Source: Thermodesulfobacteriota bacterium (lineage in GTDB: Bacteria; Desulfobacterota_D; UBA1144; Nemesobacterales; Nemesobacteraceae). Taken from it: a stretch of 64,000 nucleotides of DNA. Under the pieces are notes generated by a model that was not told where the DNA came from, did no database searches, and saw nothing but the letters and a program-made list of their open reading frames with translations. The position numbers were made by a program, and so were the translations under genes. Location of the stretch: positions 1,756,857 through 1,820,856 of the forward strand of contig OZ253668.1 of NCBI GenBank assembly GCA_965263275.1, written 5' to 3'. Below are positions 1-9,195 of the stretch, piece after piece. The first letter of the stretch is position 1, and each line of letters opens with the position of its first letter.

Positions 1-818
1 GAGTTCTGTTCCCTGGCTAGGTCTATCTGGGTTATGTCTCCGGTTATGACCGTTCTTGAGCCGAACCCGAGCCTGGTAAGAAACATCTTCATCTGTATCG
101 CCGTCGTGTTCTGCGCTTCATCGAGAATTATGAATGCGTCGTTCAGCGTTCTTCCTCTCATGTAGGCTATCGGAACGATTTCGATCATGTTTTTCTCAAG
201 CAGCCTGTTAGCTTTCTCGAATTCCATCATGTCGTAAAGAGCGTCGAAAAGGGGTCTTAGGTACGGATTCACCTTTTCCTGAAGATCACCGGGGAGAAAT
301 CCCAGTTTTTCTCCCGCCTCCACAGCGGGCCGCGCGAGCACTATTCTGTTTACCTTCTTGTTCGTAAACGCCGAAATGGCCATCGCCATCGCCAGGTAGG
401 TTTTTCCCGTCCCCGCGGGTCCTATGCCGAACACCATGTCGTTTCTTCTTATGGCGTCGATATAGAGTTTCTGATTTATAGATTTTGGGCTTATTATCTT
501 TTTCCGAACGGATATGCAGACCGTGTCGAGGAATATTTCTTCAAGTGAGGCGTCTTTCTGGCTGAGAAGCCTCTTCGCTATTTTTATGTCGGAAGGCTGA
601 AGAACATAACCCTTCTCTATCAGCGAATACATCTGCCCCATGAGCATGCCCGCTTCCGCGGTTCTCTCCTCGTTTCCCTTGAGAGTGATCTTGTTGCCCC
701 GGGTGTGGATGCTTATGTCGAATTCGTTTTCTATTTCCTTGAGATTTGAGTTAAGTTCCCCGTAGAGGACTTTTACCGCTTCTATGTTCTCAAGTTCAAG
801 TTCCCTGATTCCGTCCAT
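1..818 (-). CDS. phoH: PhoH-like ATPase (partial; gene continues beyond window start)
   Basis: Minus-strand translation gives the Walker A motif GPAGTGKTYLAMAMA followed by VLARPAVEAGEKLGFLPGDLQEKVNPYLRPLFDALYDM and IILDEAQNTT, a PhoH/YbeZ signature. ATG is at 816-818 (rc). Not in the ORF track because it runs off the window edge. Confidence 0.8.
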   Translation of the reverse strand, partial: MDGIRELELENIEAVKVLYGELNSNLKEIENEFDISIHTRGNKITLKGNEERTAEAGMLMGQMYSLIEKGYVLQPSDIKIAKRLLSQKDASLEEIFLDTVCISVRKKIISPKSINQKLYIDAIRRNDMVFGIGPAGTGKTYLAMAMAISAFTNKKVNRIVLARPAVEAGEKLGFLPGDLQEKVNPYLRPLFDALYDMMEFEKANRLLEKNMIEIVPIAYMRGRTLNDAFIILDEAQNTTAIQMKMFLTRLGFGSRTVITGDITQIDLAREQN

Positions 819-1006
819 AGGCACTTAGGCTGTCGCGCGCGGAAAAAATTATGCTTCGCGTTTAGAATTTACGTGGTTTCTCATTCTTACCGAAAAACAG
901 TTTCGCGACGCTTGGCGTTTATCTCTCTACTTAATTTTTACTTCTTTTTGGCTTTTTCTCAACAGCGTTGAACCCCCTTTCCGTCCACTAGAAAAAATCT
1001 TGTCTG

Positions 1007-1048
1007 TTGTCCACAGATTTTTTGGTTCTCTAATGTGGGTTTCCACAG
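1007..1048. promoter_or_regulatory. Two DnaA-box-like 9-mers (TTGTCCACA, TTTCCACAG) in an AT-rich intergenic region
   Basis: ttgtccaca at 1007-1015 and tttccacag at 1040-1048 fit the TTWTNCACA DnaA-box pattern. They lie in the 400-nt AT-rich spacer between phoH and the OMP gene. Confidence 0.3.
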
Positions 1049-1231
1049 ATTTTGAATGCATCTTCGAATAAATCATTATGACAGGCCTTTAAGCTAAGCG
1101 TTTCGTCTGGATTTCCAACAAGGAATCAAAGTTGTTTTATTTCTTCGGTCTTGTATTTTTATAAAAATTACCTTAAGGAAAAATATAATTCAGTCTGAAA
1201 ACAGAATCCGCAAAACACTCGGGAGGAAGGT

Positions 1232-2083
1232 ATGGAACGTCTGGGTTTTTCTGCTTTTGTAATTTCGGTGTTTTTTCTGTCATATGCGCTTCTATGCGGT
1301 TTCACAAGTTCGGCTTTTGCCGAGCAGCCTGCAGTGGGTGGCGATTTTTACATCGGTCTTTCAGCTTCGCTAGAGCGTTTTGATGCCTCTTACGCCAAGA
1401 CGACTGATACTACGGACATTTCTCCTCCGGCAGGTCTTCCGCAGCTTGGAGGCAATATTTACAACGACCGGGACTCTTCTGCGGAAACCGGATTCGCTTA
1501 CGGAGTTCTTGGTGGCTACAGAGTATCTTTCGGCAAAGGACTCTTCTGGATTGCGGCAGAGATAGATGCCGTTTTCGGCTCCAGTGAGGCGGATGGAAGA
1601 CTTCAAGGGATCGGAGAATCCCCGGGTCGCAATCAGTATGGTGAAAGCTGGCCTGATGTCTGGTCTATTGATAAAGACAGGGAGTACGGATTTACCCTTC
1701 TGGTTGGTTTTACTCCGAATTTCCTGAGCTCATTAATGGGTGGAGGAACCAGTATTTACGCCCTTGCGGGAGTGAGGCGCATGAAACTCGGACTCGGGTT
1801 CGACTATACCGGTTGCCAGTTAAGAGACAGGCTCTGTTCCGCTGCCGAGGAGTTTACCTCCGATATGTCCAAGAGGGAAGAGACCCTTACCGGTGTAGCC
1901 GCAGGTGCCGGTATTGAACAGTCATTCGGGTCTTTTTCGGTGCGTGGCGAACTCCGCTATGTGGGTTACGGAGAGCAGGACTGGGTTACTCTTCCTGACC
2001 CTGAGCAGCTTGGGCTTCGCGTGCCGGCCGGAATTGACGCCAGTACGTTAAAAGCTTCCCTAGTGCTGATCAAGCAATTCTGA
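1232..2083 (+). CDS. Secreted outer-membrane beta-barrel-like protein
   Basis: N-terminal signal peptide MERLGFSAFVISVFFLSYALLCGFTSSAFA, alternating Gly/aromatic-rich strands, and a C-terminal aromatic residue (…VLIKQF) typical of OMP beta-barrels. Confidence 0.5.
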   Translation: MERLGFSAFVISVFFLSYALLCGFTSSAFAEQPAVGGDFYIGLSASLERFDASYAKTTDTTDISPPAGLPQLGGNIYNDRDSSAETGFAYGVLGGYRVSFGKGLFWIAAEIDAVFGSSEADGRLQGIGESPGRNQYGESWPDVWSIDKDREYGFTLLVGFTPNFLSSLMGGGTSIYALAGVRRMKLGLGFDYTGCQLRDRLCSAAEEFTSDMSKREETLTGVAAGAGIEQSFGSFSVRGELRYVGYGEQDWVTLPDPEQLGLRVPAGIDASTLKASLVLIKQF

Positions 2084-2099
2084 GCTTGGTAGTATCACA

Positions 2100-2915
2100 T
2101 CAGTCGTTTATCCTGAGCGGATCTGGATAAATGAATTCATAAGTGAGCGTTTTTTTAAGTCTTTCATTTGAGACTATCTTGTACTCGGGGGGTTTTTCCG
2201 TTTCGAAAAGCGGCGGTTCGATTCCGTATTTTAGGGCTTCGCGCGAGTAGTACTCCCTTCTGGTGGGATGTTCGTCGCAGGTGGCGTTCAGTATGGTATT
2301 TCTTACGTCAAGATCTATGATGCTTCTGACGATTCCTATGCAGTCATCGCGGTGTATGAGGTTAAGAGGGCAGTCAGGGTTCAGTACGAGTTTTTTTCTT
2401 CTGATCGATTTTATGGGAGCCCTGTCGTAACCTATAAGTCCTGAAAAACGTATCACGGTCGTATCGATTCCCGGCTGGTCCATTAAAAGCCTCTCCACGC
2501 GAACAAGCGCCTTTCCCGACGGTTTGTCCGGGTTAAGGGAATCCTCTTCCCTTACGACCCCGTTTGTGTTCGGATAAACGGAGGTTGAGCTGGCGAAAAC
2601 AACCATTTTCCCTTTGGGGTTCGATATCGCCTTGATAAGATTTCCGATCTGTTTTTCATGATAAGTTTCGATATCGTCTCTTCGCTCGGGGGGAAAGTTA
2701 ATGAAAAGAACGTCCGAGGAGAAAAATTCTTCTGTGCCCGCGCCGATTACCTCGGGGGCGATGTCTATTAGGTAAGGTTCTATACCCTTTTCCGAAAGGG
2801 CGGGGAGTTTCTCGGGATCCCTTGCGGACCCTCTGACCGAAAAACCCGCTTCTTTTAGGGAGGTCGCAAGCGGCTCTCCGAGCCAGCCGCAGCCCAGAAT
2901 GCTCACCGTCCTCAC
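2100..2915 (-). CDS. NAD(P)-binding Rossmann-fold oxidoreductase (SDR/epimerase-like)
   Basis: N-terminus [27 protein letters not shown] is a GxGxxG dinucleotide-binding motif. Its start overlaps the DUF1289 stop, suggesting an operon with purC. Confidence 0.55.
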   Translation of the reverse strand: MRTVSILGCGWLGEPLATSLKEAGFSVRGSARDPEKLPALSEKGIEPYLIDIAPEVIGAGTEEFFSSDVLFINFPPERRDDIETYHEKQIGNLIKAISNPKGKMVVFASSTSVYPNTNGVVREEDSLNPDKPSGKALVRVERLLMDQPGIDTTVIRFSGLIGYDRAPIKSIRRKKLVLNPDCPLNLIHRDDCIGIVRSIIDLDVRNTILNATCDEHPTRREYYSREALKYGIEPPLFETEKPPEYKIVSNERLKKTLTYEFIYPDPLRIND

Positions 2916-3124
2916 TGGTTCTGCTCAGCCTCCCGGCGCGTTATTTCACGTAGAATTTCTGCCCTCCGCCCCTCTGAGTATTCCGCCCAGTTCGCTATCT
3001 CGTCGCTCGTGCGAAGACATCCGACGCAAAGTTCCGTGTCCTCGTCCATTATGCATATGCCGTTACAGGGAGAACTGATTTTTTCCAAAGCCCTATCCTC
3101 CGCAAAACAGCCTGAGCATATCAA
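2912..3124 (-). CDS. DUF1289-family small Cys-rich (putative Fe-S) protein
   Basis: [29 protein letters not shown] matches the DUF1289 pattern SPC..C..D....C.GC.RT..EI..W. The start may be internal (M at 3049). Confidence 0.55.
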   Translation of the reverse strand: MICSGCFAEDRALEKISSPCNGICIMDEDTELCVGCLRTSDEIANWAEYSEGRRAEILREITRREAEQNQ

Positions 3125-3923
3125 GGTATTTTTCGCTGGTTTTCCCGACTATGTCGGGCGGGAGTTCCGGGGCCGGAGGGTTTCTGTCCCAGCCCGTCTG
3201 CTTCAGGTAGTCCCTTACGAACTGCTTGTCGAAACTTATCTGCGGTCCCCCTGGGGTATAGTGTTCCAGAGGCCAGAATCTTGATGAATCCGGCGTCAGA
3301 GCCTCGTCTATGAGGATAAGCTCTTCAGTGTCCCGGCTTATCCCGAATTCAAATTTTGTATCGGCTATTATTATGCCTTTTTCTTCGGCGATACTGGCGG
3401 CGGCGACGTAAATCTCGATGCTTATGTCCCTTATCCTGCGCGCGAGTTCCTCACCTATCATCTCGCATACCATCCCGAACGTTATGTTCTCGTCGTGGGT
3501 TCCCTGCTCGGCCTTTGTTGACGGAGTGAAAATGGGTTCTGGAAGCTTCTGGGACTCAAGGAGACCTTCTCCAAGGGGTATGGCGCACACGGAGCCGGTT
3601 TTTTTGTACTCTTCCCAGCCGGAACCGCTTATGTAGCCTCTCACGACGCACTCTACGGGAAGGGGGTCGGTTTTTTCGACGAGCATGGAACGGCCGGCGA
3701 GTGTCTCGGCATGGTCCCCGAAGGGTTCAGGGAAATCCCCGGGGTCTGTTGAGATCATGTGGTTCGGGATGATATGTTCTGTTTTTCGAAACCAGAACTC
3801 GGAGATCCGGTTCAGCACCTCGCCCTTTGCGGGTATTCCGTTTGGGAGTATCACGTCGAAAGCTGAGATACGGTCGGTGGCTATCATCAAGATGCTCTCG
3901 CCGAGGTCATAGATATCCCTCAC
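3093..3923 (-). CDS. purC: Phosphoribosylaminoimidazole-succinocarboxamide synthase (SAICAR synthetase, long form)
   Basis: [33 protein letters not shown] closely matches yeast Ade1/PurC ([27 protein letters not shown]). The open frame continues upstream to about 4005 with no ATG/GTG/TTG, so the true start is uncertain. Confidence 0.85.
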   Translation of the reverse strand: MRDIYDLGESILMIATDRISAFDVILPNGIPAKGEVLNRISEFWFRKTEHIIPNHMISTDPGDFPEPFGDHAETLAGRSMLVEKTDPLPVECVVRGYISGSGWEEYKKTGSVCAIPLGEGLLESQKLPEPIFTPSTKAEQGTHDENITFGMVCEMIGEELARRIRDISIEIYVAAASIAEEKGIIIADTKFEFGISRDTEELILIDEALTPDSSRFWPLEHYTPGGPQISFDKQFVRDYLKQTGWDRNPPAPELPPDIVGKTSEKYLDMLRLFCGG

Positions 3924-4216
3924 CTTTCCCCTTCTGGGTTCTGTGAGTCCGATGAAATCCGTGTTGAGTATGGTTTTGCGAATGGTTCCGCCACTTGATT
4001 CCCGTTTTTCCCGGGACGCTTTGACTGAAAGGTGAAACTACCCGAAACCACCGCTATTCTCAAGCGTCCTCGCTGAGTGCTCGCTCTGCCGCGGCGGGGG
4101 CGTTGGGACAAAGCGAACGAAGGAAGAGAGCGGTGGGTCAGCGGGATGAGTTGTCCTCTCGATTTTCTTAGCTAAATATGATGCAGTAATCTGTAATCTC
4201 CCCGCTGGCTGATTAC

Positions 4217-5320
4217 TTAGAAATACCTGCGGCGAATCAGTTCGTTTATTGTTCGCTGAAGATCTACCAAGAAGTTTTCATCAATGGTGTCCGTCCACCA
4301 ATGTGCAATGTCATTCCTGTATTCAGTTAGCTCCCGCAGGGTTTTCTTACCAGCCACAACTACGTTGTCCTCCTTGACATTCCCCTGATAGCTCAGACAT
4401 GTCTGTCCCGCCTCTACCAACGATTGCCACAACCGCAAGTACTGAAGTCGCTGGTAGGAGTCGTCCTTGTGCTCATCGCTGTACATAGAATTGATTAGCA
4501 GTGCCATGTGTGGAGTCTCAATGTGCAGTTCCATAGCAGCAATGGCTTTCCGAATCTCTTCTGCCCGGTTTCTGTACATCTTGGCATCCATCCTCGTCGC
4601 TGTTCCCATCCTTGCCGACACTGTAGATCGTACCATCACCACGAAGCGGCCGTCGTCCGTCACGAGGCAGCTCTGATCCACGTATTTGCGTATCGGATCC
4701 GGCGTCTGCTGGGCGACCCGGACGCCCGCGAGTATCATATTTACCAACTGTTGATTGCTGGGTAGCTTCGGCCACGCTCCGTCAACGGTAGCCCAAGCGG
4801 TTATGAACTTCTCATTCTCTCTACCGCCAATCAACGCAGGTATCTTTTCACCATCTCGCATGAGTACTTCGTCCGATATGCTGCATTCACCTTTGATCAT
4901 CTCGACGGGCGTCAAGTCGTTATTCTCCTCGATCACCAAAAACACCGGTACGTGGTCCTTTTGTTGGGATCTGACCTTCTTATCGGTCTCAGCAACTACA
5001 TGTTGCAAGCAAGGGCTGATGGCGTAATGCCTACCATGCATTGAGTTAGCGAAGTAACCGACGAGATTTGAGGTGACACACGCTTGAACCGACGGAGAGT
5101 CATAAATGGAGTGATGAGGTTCATCGCCGTTCGGACGGAAGTCGATTCGTGGGAATTCGAAAATTTGTGTTCGACAATACCCACTGATTGTGCAACAAAA
5201 CTCCTTGATTCCTGCGCCTGTGTACATTGATCGCACTCCGGCTAGCGTAAAGTGCGCCTCCAGGGCGACCGGTTGCAGGGACTTCTGCCGATCCGCCACT
5301 GCTCGGTTTTTTCTCGCCAT
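4217..5320 (-). CDS. Hypothetical 367-aa protein with a C-terminal HEPN-like RNxxxH motif
   Basis: Long ORF with no recognisable family. The C-terminus has LRELTEYRNDIAHWW (R-x4-H, the HEPN catalytic motif). Located between purC and an ISNCY element. Confidence 0.5.
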   Translation of the reverse strand: MARKNRAVADRQKSLQPVALEAHFTLAGVRSMYTGAGIKEFCCTISGYCRTQIFEFPRIDFRPNGDEPHHSIYDSPSVQACVTSNLVGYFANSMHGRHYAISPCLQHVVAETDKKVRSQQKDHVPVFLVIEENNDLTPVEMIKGECSISDEVLMRDGEKIPALIGGRENEKFITAWATVDGAWPKLPSNQQLVNMILAGVRVAQQTPDPIRKYVDQSCLVTDDGRFVVMVRSTVSARMGTATRMDAKMYRNRAEEIRKAIAAMELHIETPHMALLINSMYSDEHKDDSYQRLQYLRLWQSLVEAGQTCLSYQGNVKEDNVVVAGKKTLRELTEYRNDIAHWWTDTIDENFLVDLQRTINELIRRRYF

Positions 5321-5641
5321 TATGCATTTACTCCCACGTAATCCTCCACCCTCTCGGGCAGAAGCAGTCTCTGTGTGCGCTCAAGGGTGGGCTTGTATCT
5401 GCGCTGGTTCATTCTGTGTTCCACCTTTGTATCTCCTTTAACAACGGATGATGTAATTATACCTTGAGAAAGGAGGGAATCAATATCTAACTGCCTGAAA
5501 TGCAAAGATAATTGTGCCGCTTCAGGAATCCAGACACGGGAGGACTAAATGATCTCGTAATGCCCTGTTAAGTCCAAGTGTTTCGCCAAACAATATAAGA
5601 TTCAATAATATCTTCATAGGCTCAATTAGTTTATTAGTAAC

Positions 5642-5658
5642 AGCGTCCCCGCCGTTCT
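5642..5658. repeat. 17-bp direct repeat (left target-site duplication of the ISNCY element)
   Basis: agcgtccccgccgttct at 5642-5658 is identical to 7070-7086, immediately outside the IS inverted repeats. Confidence 0.75.
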
Positions 5659-7069
5659 GTAGAGAGTACGTTATATGACCGGTTTTTAAGCACACGAGTT
5701 GTCCGGTTTGTCGAGATAGAGGTTGACTAGATTTATCTCCTCTGGAGAAGGAGGAGATGGAGATGAATCAGCCAAGGTATCTGCAGATGGTGAGGACAAA
5801 CCGGTTTGAGTTGGTATACAAGAGGTGGAAGGAGAGGAAGCTTACTCAGGCGGGGGCTGGGGAGCGGCTTGAGATGAGCGAGAGGACCTTCCGTCGTTAC
5901 GTGGTTCGTTACGAAGAGGAAGGCAAGCAAGGGCTTGGGGACAGGCGCCTGGGCAAGCCCTCGCCTCGGCGTGCTTCACGGCAGGAGGTTTCGAGCTTGG
6001 TGGCACTGTACAGGGATTGTTATCCGAATCGCAACATAAGGCATTTCTACGAAGTTTACGAGGAGCGCCACGGGGGAACTCGCGGCTACAGCTGGGTGAA
6101 GAGGTGTTTGCAGGATGCGGGGGCGGTTCCGAGGGGCAGGCGTCGGGGGCCGCACCGGGAGCTCAGGGAGCGCAAGAGGCAGGAGGGGGAGATGATACAC
6201 CAGGACGCAAGCACGCACAGATGGATTTGCGGGAAGACGTGGGATCTGGTTGTAACGATGGATGACGCCACGGGGCGGATATACAGTGCTTTTTTCGTTG
6301 AGCAGGAGGGCACAGAGAGCAGCATGAGGGGTGTAAGGGATGTGTTGGAGAGTAAGGGTATATTCACAAGTTTTTACAGTGACAGAGGTTCTCACTACTG
6401 GAGCACTCCTCGGGCGGGGGGTCGGGTGGACAAGGAGAACCTGACGCAGTTCGGCAGGGCGATGAAGGAGTTGGGCATTGTAATGATTCCGGGTTACTCC
6501 CCAGAGGCCAGAGGGCGCAGCGAGCGGATGTTCAAGACGTTACAGGGGCGTTTGCCCGCGGAGTTGGAGGAACAGGGGATAGTGGAGATGGGGGAAGCAA
6601 ACAGATATCTGAGTGAGAGTTTTGTGGATGATTTCAACAGACGTTTCGCGGTAGCGGCGGCTGAGGAGGGCAGCGCGTTTGTGCCGCTGCTCGGTGTGGG
6701 GTTGGAAGACATACTGTGTTTGAAGCACCAGAGGGTAGTGGGCAACGACAACTGCGTTAAGTACAAGGGGATGAGTCTGCAGATTCCCCCGGTTGAGGAT
6801 CGTGCTCACTTCGTAAGGGCGAAGGTGGTTGTGCATGAGTATGGGGACGGGAGCATGGCAGTAGTTCACGAAGGGAAGCGCAGGCTGGGATTCTATGACA
6901 GGGAGGGGAATTTAGTGGAAGAGGTGGAGCAGAAAAGGAGAGTGGCGTCAGGGTAAGGAGACGATTTCAAATCAGCCTCTTCGGGCTCGCCCTTCCAGGC
7001 TGATTTGAAGAAAGCAAAACCGGACAACCAATTAACTCAAAAACCGGTCAACTTAATTGACTCCCTACA
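5659..7069 (+). mobile_element. ISNCY-family (IS1202-like) insertion sequence, apparently complete
   Basis: Imperfect terminal inverted repeats: left tgtagagagt…tgaccggtttttaag…gttgtccggttt, and the rc of the right end tgtagggagt…tgaccggtttttgag…gttgtccggttt. Single DDE transposase ORF and 17-bp flanking direct repeats. Confidence 0.75.
5757..6956 (+). CDS. ISNCY-family DDE transposase (HTH + rve-like integrase core)
   Basis: N-terminal HTH-like region, then IHQDASTH…SDRGSHY…YSPEARGRSER, a D,D(35)E integrase-type catalytic core arrangement. Confidence 0.8.
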   Translation: MEMNQPRYLQMVRTNRFELVYKRWKERKLTQAGAGERLEMSERTFRRYVVRYEEEGKQGLGDRRLGKPSPRRASRQEVSSLVALYRDCYPNRNIRHFYEVYEERHGGTRGYSWVKRCLQDAGAVPRGRRRGPHRELRERKRQEGEMIHQDASTHRWICGKTWDLVVTMDDATGRIYSAFFVEQEGTESSMRGVRDVLESKGIFTSFYSDRGSHYWSTPRAGGRVDKENLTQFGRAMKELGIVMIPGYSPEARGRSERMFKTLQGRLPAELEEQGIVEMGEANRYLSESFVDDFNRRFAVAAAEEGSAFVPLLGVGLEDILCLKHQRVVGNDNCVKYKGMSLQIPPVEDRAHFVRAKVVVHEYGDGSMAVVHEGKRRLGFYDREGNLVEEVEQKRRVASG

Positions 7070-7086
7070 AGCGTCCCCGCCGTTCT
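7070..7086. repeat. 17-bp direct repeat (right target-site duplication of the ISNCY element)
   Basis: Identical to 5642-5658. Lies in the promoter region of tRNA-Val. Confidence 0.75.
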
Positions 7087-7125
7087 TGACAATACGCTAT
7101 AATTAAAAGACAATATCGAGTTTTT

Positions 7126-7200
7126 GAGCACGTAGCTCAGGGGCAGAGCACTTGCTTGACGTGCAAGGGGTCGCAGGTTCAATTCCTGCCGTGCTCACCA
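7126..7200 (+). tRNA. tRNA-Val (anticodon GAC), CCA encoded
   Basis: Cloverleaf by hand. Acceptor gagcacg/cgtgctc. D-arm gctc…gagc. Anticodon stem cttgc/gcaag with loop ttGACgt. T-arm gcagg-ttcaatt-cctgc. Discriminator a plus cca. Confidence 0.8.
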
Positions 7201-7213
7201 TGCGTTACAGAGG

Positions 7214-9148
7214 ATGAATCGGTTGGAAATAGAGGTAATTATCGACGGGAAGAGGGGCAGGTTTTCTTCGGGAACCACCGTGGGAGATGCGCTCGCGGAG
7301 CTTGACGGGGATAAACGTACCATAGGCGCCGTGATAGACGGCCAGATGGTTGATTTCTGGCACCGTCTTGAGGGCGACTGCGACCTCTTGCCCGTAAAAA
7401 GCAATACAGAAGCAGGTCTCGGACTCCTGCGTCATACGACTGCCCACGTTCTTGCCGAAGCCGTCCAGTCTCTTTTCCCCGAAGCGCAGGTGACCATAGG
7501 TCCCGTGATAGAAAACGGGTTTTTCTACGATTTTGATTTCGAAAGGGGCTTTACCCCCGAGGATCTTGAGATTATCGAATCAAAGATGCTCGAGATAATA
7601 AAGAAGAACCGGCCTCTTGTAAGAAGATCGGTCACGAGGGAAGAGGCCATCGCCACTTTCTCCGGCATAAAGGAGAACTACAAGGTGGAAATAATAAACG
7701 ACCTTCCCGAAGGGGAGGAGATAACCATATACGATCAGACGGACTGGTATGATCTCTGCAGAGGTCCCCATCTTCCCTCAACGGGCCTCATAAAGGCTTT
7801 TACACTCACAAGTTCCGCCGGGGCTTACTGGAGAGGCAACGAGAACAACCCGATGCTCCAGAGAATTTATGGAACGGCTTTCTGGGACAAAAAAGATCTG
7901 CGCAAGCATCTGCGCGACCTTGAAGAGGCGAAAAAAAGGGATCACCGCAAGCTTGGAAGGGAACTTGACCTCTTCAGCGTAAATGAAGAGATAGGACCCG
8001 GTCTTATTCTCTGGCATCCGAGAGGGGCGAAGGTAAGAAGCGTAATAGAGGATTTCTGGAAGCGGGAACACATCTCCCGGGGCTACGAGTTGCTCTACAC
8101 GCCGCACATGGCCAAGCTTGATCTCTGGCGCACGAGCGGCCACGTAGACTTTTACTCGCAGAATATGTTCTCATGCATGGAAGTTGAAAATTCCGATTAC
8201 CAGATAAAGCCCATGAATTGTCCCTTCCACATACTGGTATACAAAACAAAGACGAGAAGCTACAGAGACCTGCCGATCAGGTGGGCCGAGATAGGAACCG
8301 TGTACAGGTACGAGCGCTCAGGAGTTCTCCACGGTCTTCTAAGGGTTAGGGGTTTTTCCCAGGATGACGCCCACATATTCTGCCGACCCGACCAGATCCG
8401 CGAGGAGGTCTCCGGCGTACTTCGCCTCACTCTGGATTTTCTTAAGACTTTTGGGTTTGATAATTACGAGATTTTTCTTTCGACGCGCCCGGACAAGTTC
8501 GTCGGAAGCGAAGAGAACTGGGAGAGGTCGATAGAGGCCATTGAGCAGGCTCTTTCAGATGTAGGGCTTCCGTACGGAGTGGACAGTGGCGGGGGGGCAT
8601 TTTACGGCCCAAAGATAGATCTCAAGATAAAGGATGTGATAGGCAGGGCTTGGCAGTGCTCAACTATTCAAGTAGATTTCAACCTGCCCGAACGGTTTGA
8701 TATGGAATTTGTGGGTGAGGATAACAGAAGACATACCCCGATAATGATACACAGGGCCATATTCGGCTCCATTGAGCGATTCTTCGGAATCCTGATAGAG
8801 CATTACGGGGGAGCGTTTCCGCTCTGGCTCAGCCCGGAACAGGTGAGGGTGGCGTCAGTGGGACAGAGTCAGGCCGAGTATTGCGAGGAAGTCTGCGCCG
8901 AGCTTCGGCGCCGGGGAATCAGGGTCAGCAGCGATTTGCGAAACGAGAAGCTAGGGTATAAGGTTAGGGAAGCGCAGGTGATGAAAATTCCCTATCTGCT
9001 GGTTGTAGGAGACAAGGAGGTTGAAACGGGAACGGTTGCTCCCAGGAAATACGGTGGAGATGCCATGGCGGCGTTGCCGGTAAAGGATTTTATCGAGATC
9101 GTCACGGGAGAGAATGATCCCTATAGTTGGATGGAGGTAACGGTATAG
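7214..9148 (+). CDS. thrS: Threonyl-tRNA synthetase
   Basis: 644 aa with an N-terminal TGS domain. Class II aaRS motifs HRDLS…, FYGPKIDL…, and C-terminal anticodon-binding domain. Followed by infC-rpmI-rplT as in most bacteria. Confidence 0.95.
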   Translation: MNRLEIEVIIDGKRGRFSSGTTVGDALAELDGDKRTIGAVIDGQMVDFWHRLEGDCDLLPVKSNTEAGLGLLRHTTAHVLAEAVQSLFPEAQVTIGPVIENGFFYDFDFERGFTPEDLEIIESKMLEIIKKNRPLVRRSVTREEAIATFSGIKENYKVEIINDLPEGEEITIYDQTDWYDLCRGPHLPSTGLIKAFTLTSSAGAYWRGNENNPMLQRIYGTAFWDKKDLRKHLRDLEEAKKRDHRKLGRELDLFSVNEEIGPGLILWHPRGAKVRSVIEDFWKREHISRGYELLYTPHMAKLDLWRTSGHVDFYSQNMFSCMEVENSDYQIKPMNCPFHILVYKTKTRSYRDLPIRWAEIGTVYRYERSGVLHGLLRVRGFSQDDAHIFCRPDQIREEVSGVLRLTLDFLKTFGFDNYEIFLSTRPDKFVGSEENWERSIEAIEQALSDVGLPYGVDSGGGAFYGPKIDLKIKDVIGRAWQCSTIQVDFNLPERFDMEFVGEDNRRHTPIMIHRAIFGSIERFFGILIEHYGGAFPLWLSPEQVRVASVGQSQAEYCEEVCAELRRRGIRVSSDLRNEKLGYKVREAQVMKIPYLLVVGDKEVETGTVAPRKYGGDAMAALPVKDFIEIVTGENDPYSWMEVTV

Positions 9149-9195
9149 CTAGAAGGAGAAGTCATAATTCCAGGGTCCGTGTTCCGGAGACCCGC

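Noticed and set aside
3990-4216. ZTP (pfl) or purine riboswitch in the purC leader
   Set aside because: Purine-biosynthesis leaders often carry these. However, I could not find the conserved GGGUCGUGAC…UGGCG / CCGGGC (ZTP) or the purine-aptamer junction motifs on the minus strand. Left as a suggestion for cmscan only.
5976-6395. 139-aa and other small ORFs inside the ISNCY element
   Set aside because: They are antisense or overlapping with the transposase gene, which spans the element. These are shadow frames.
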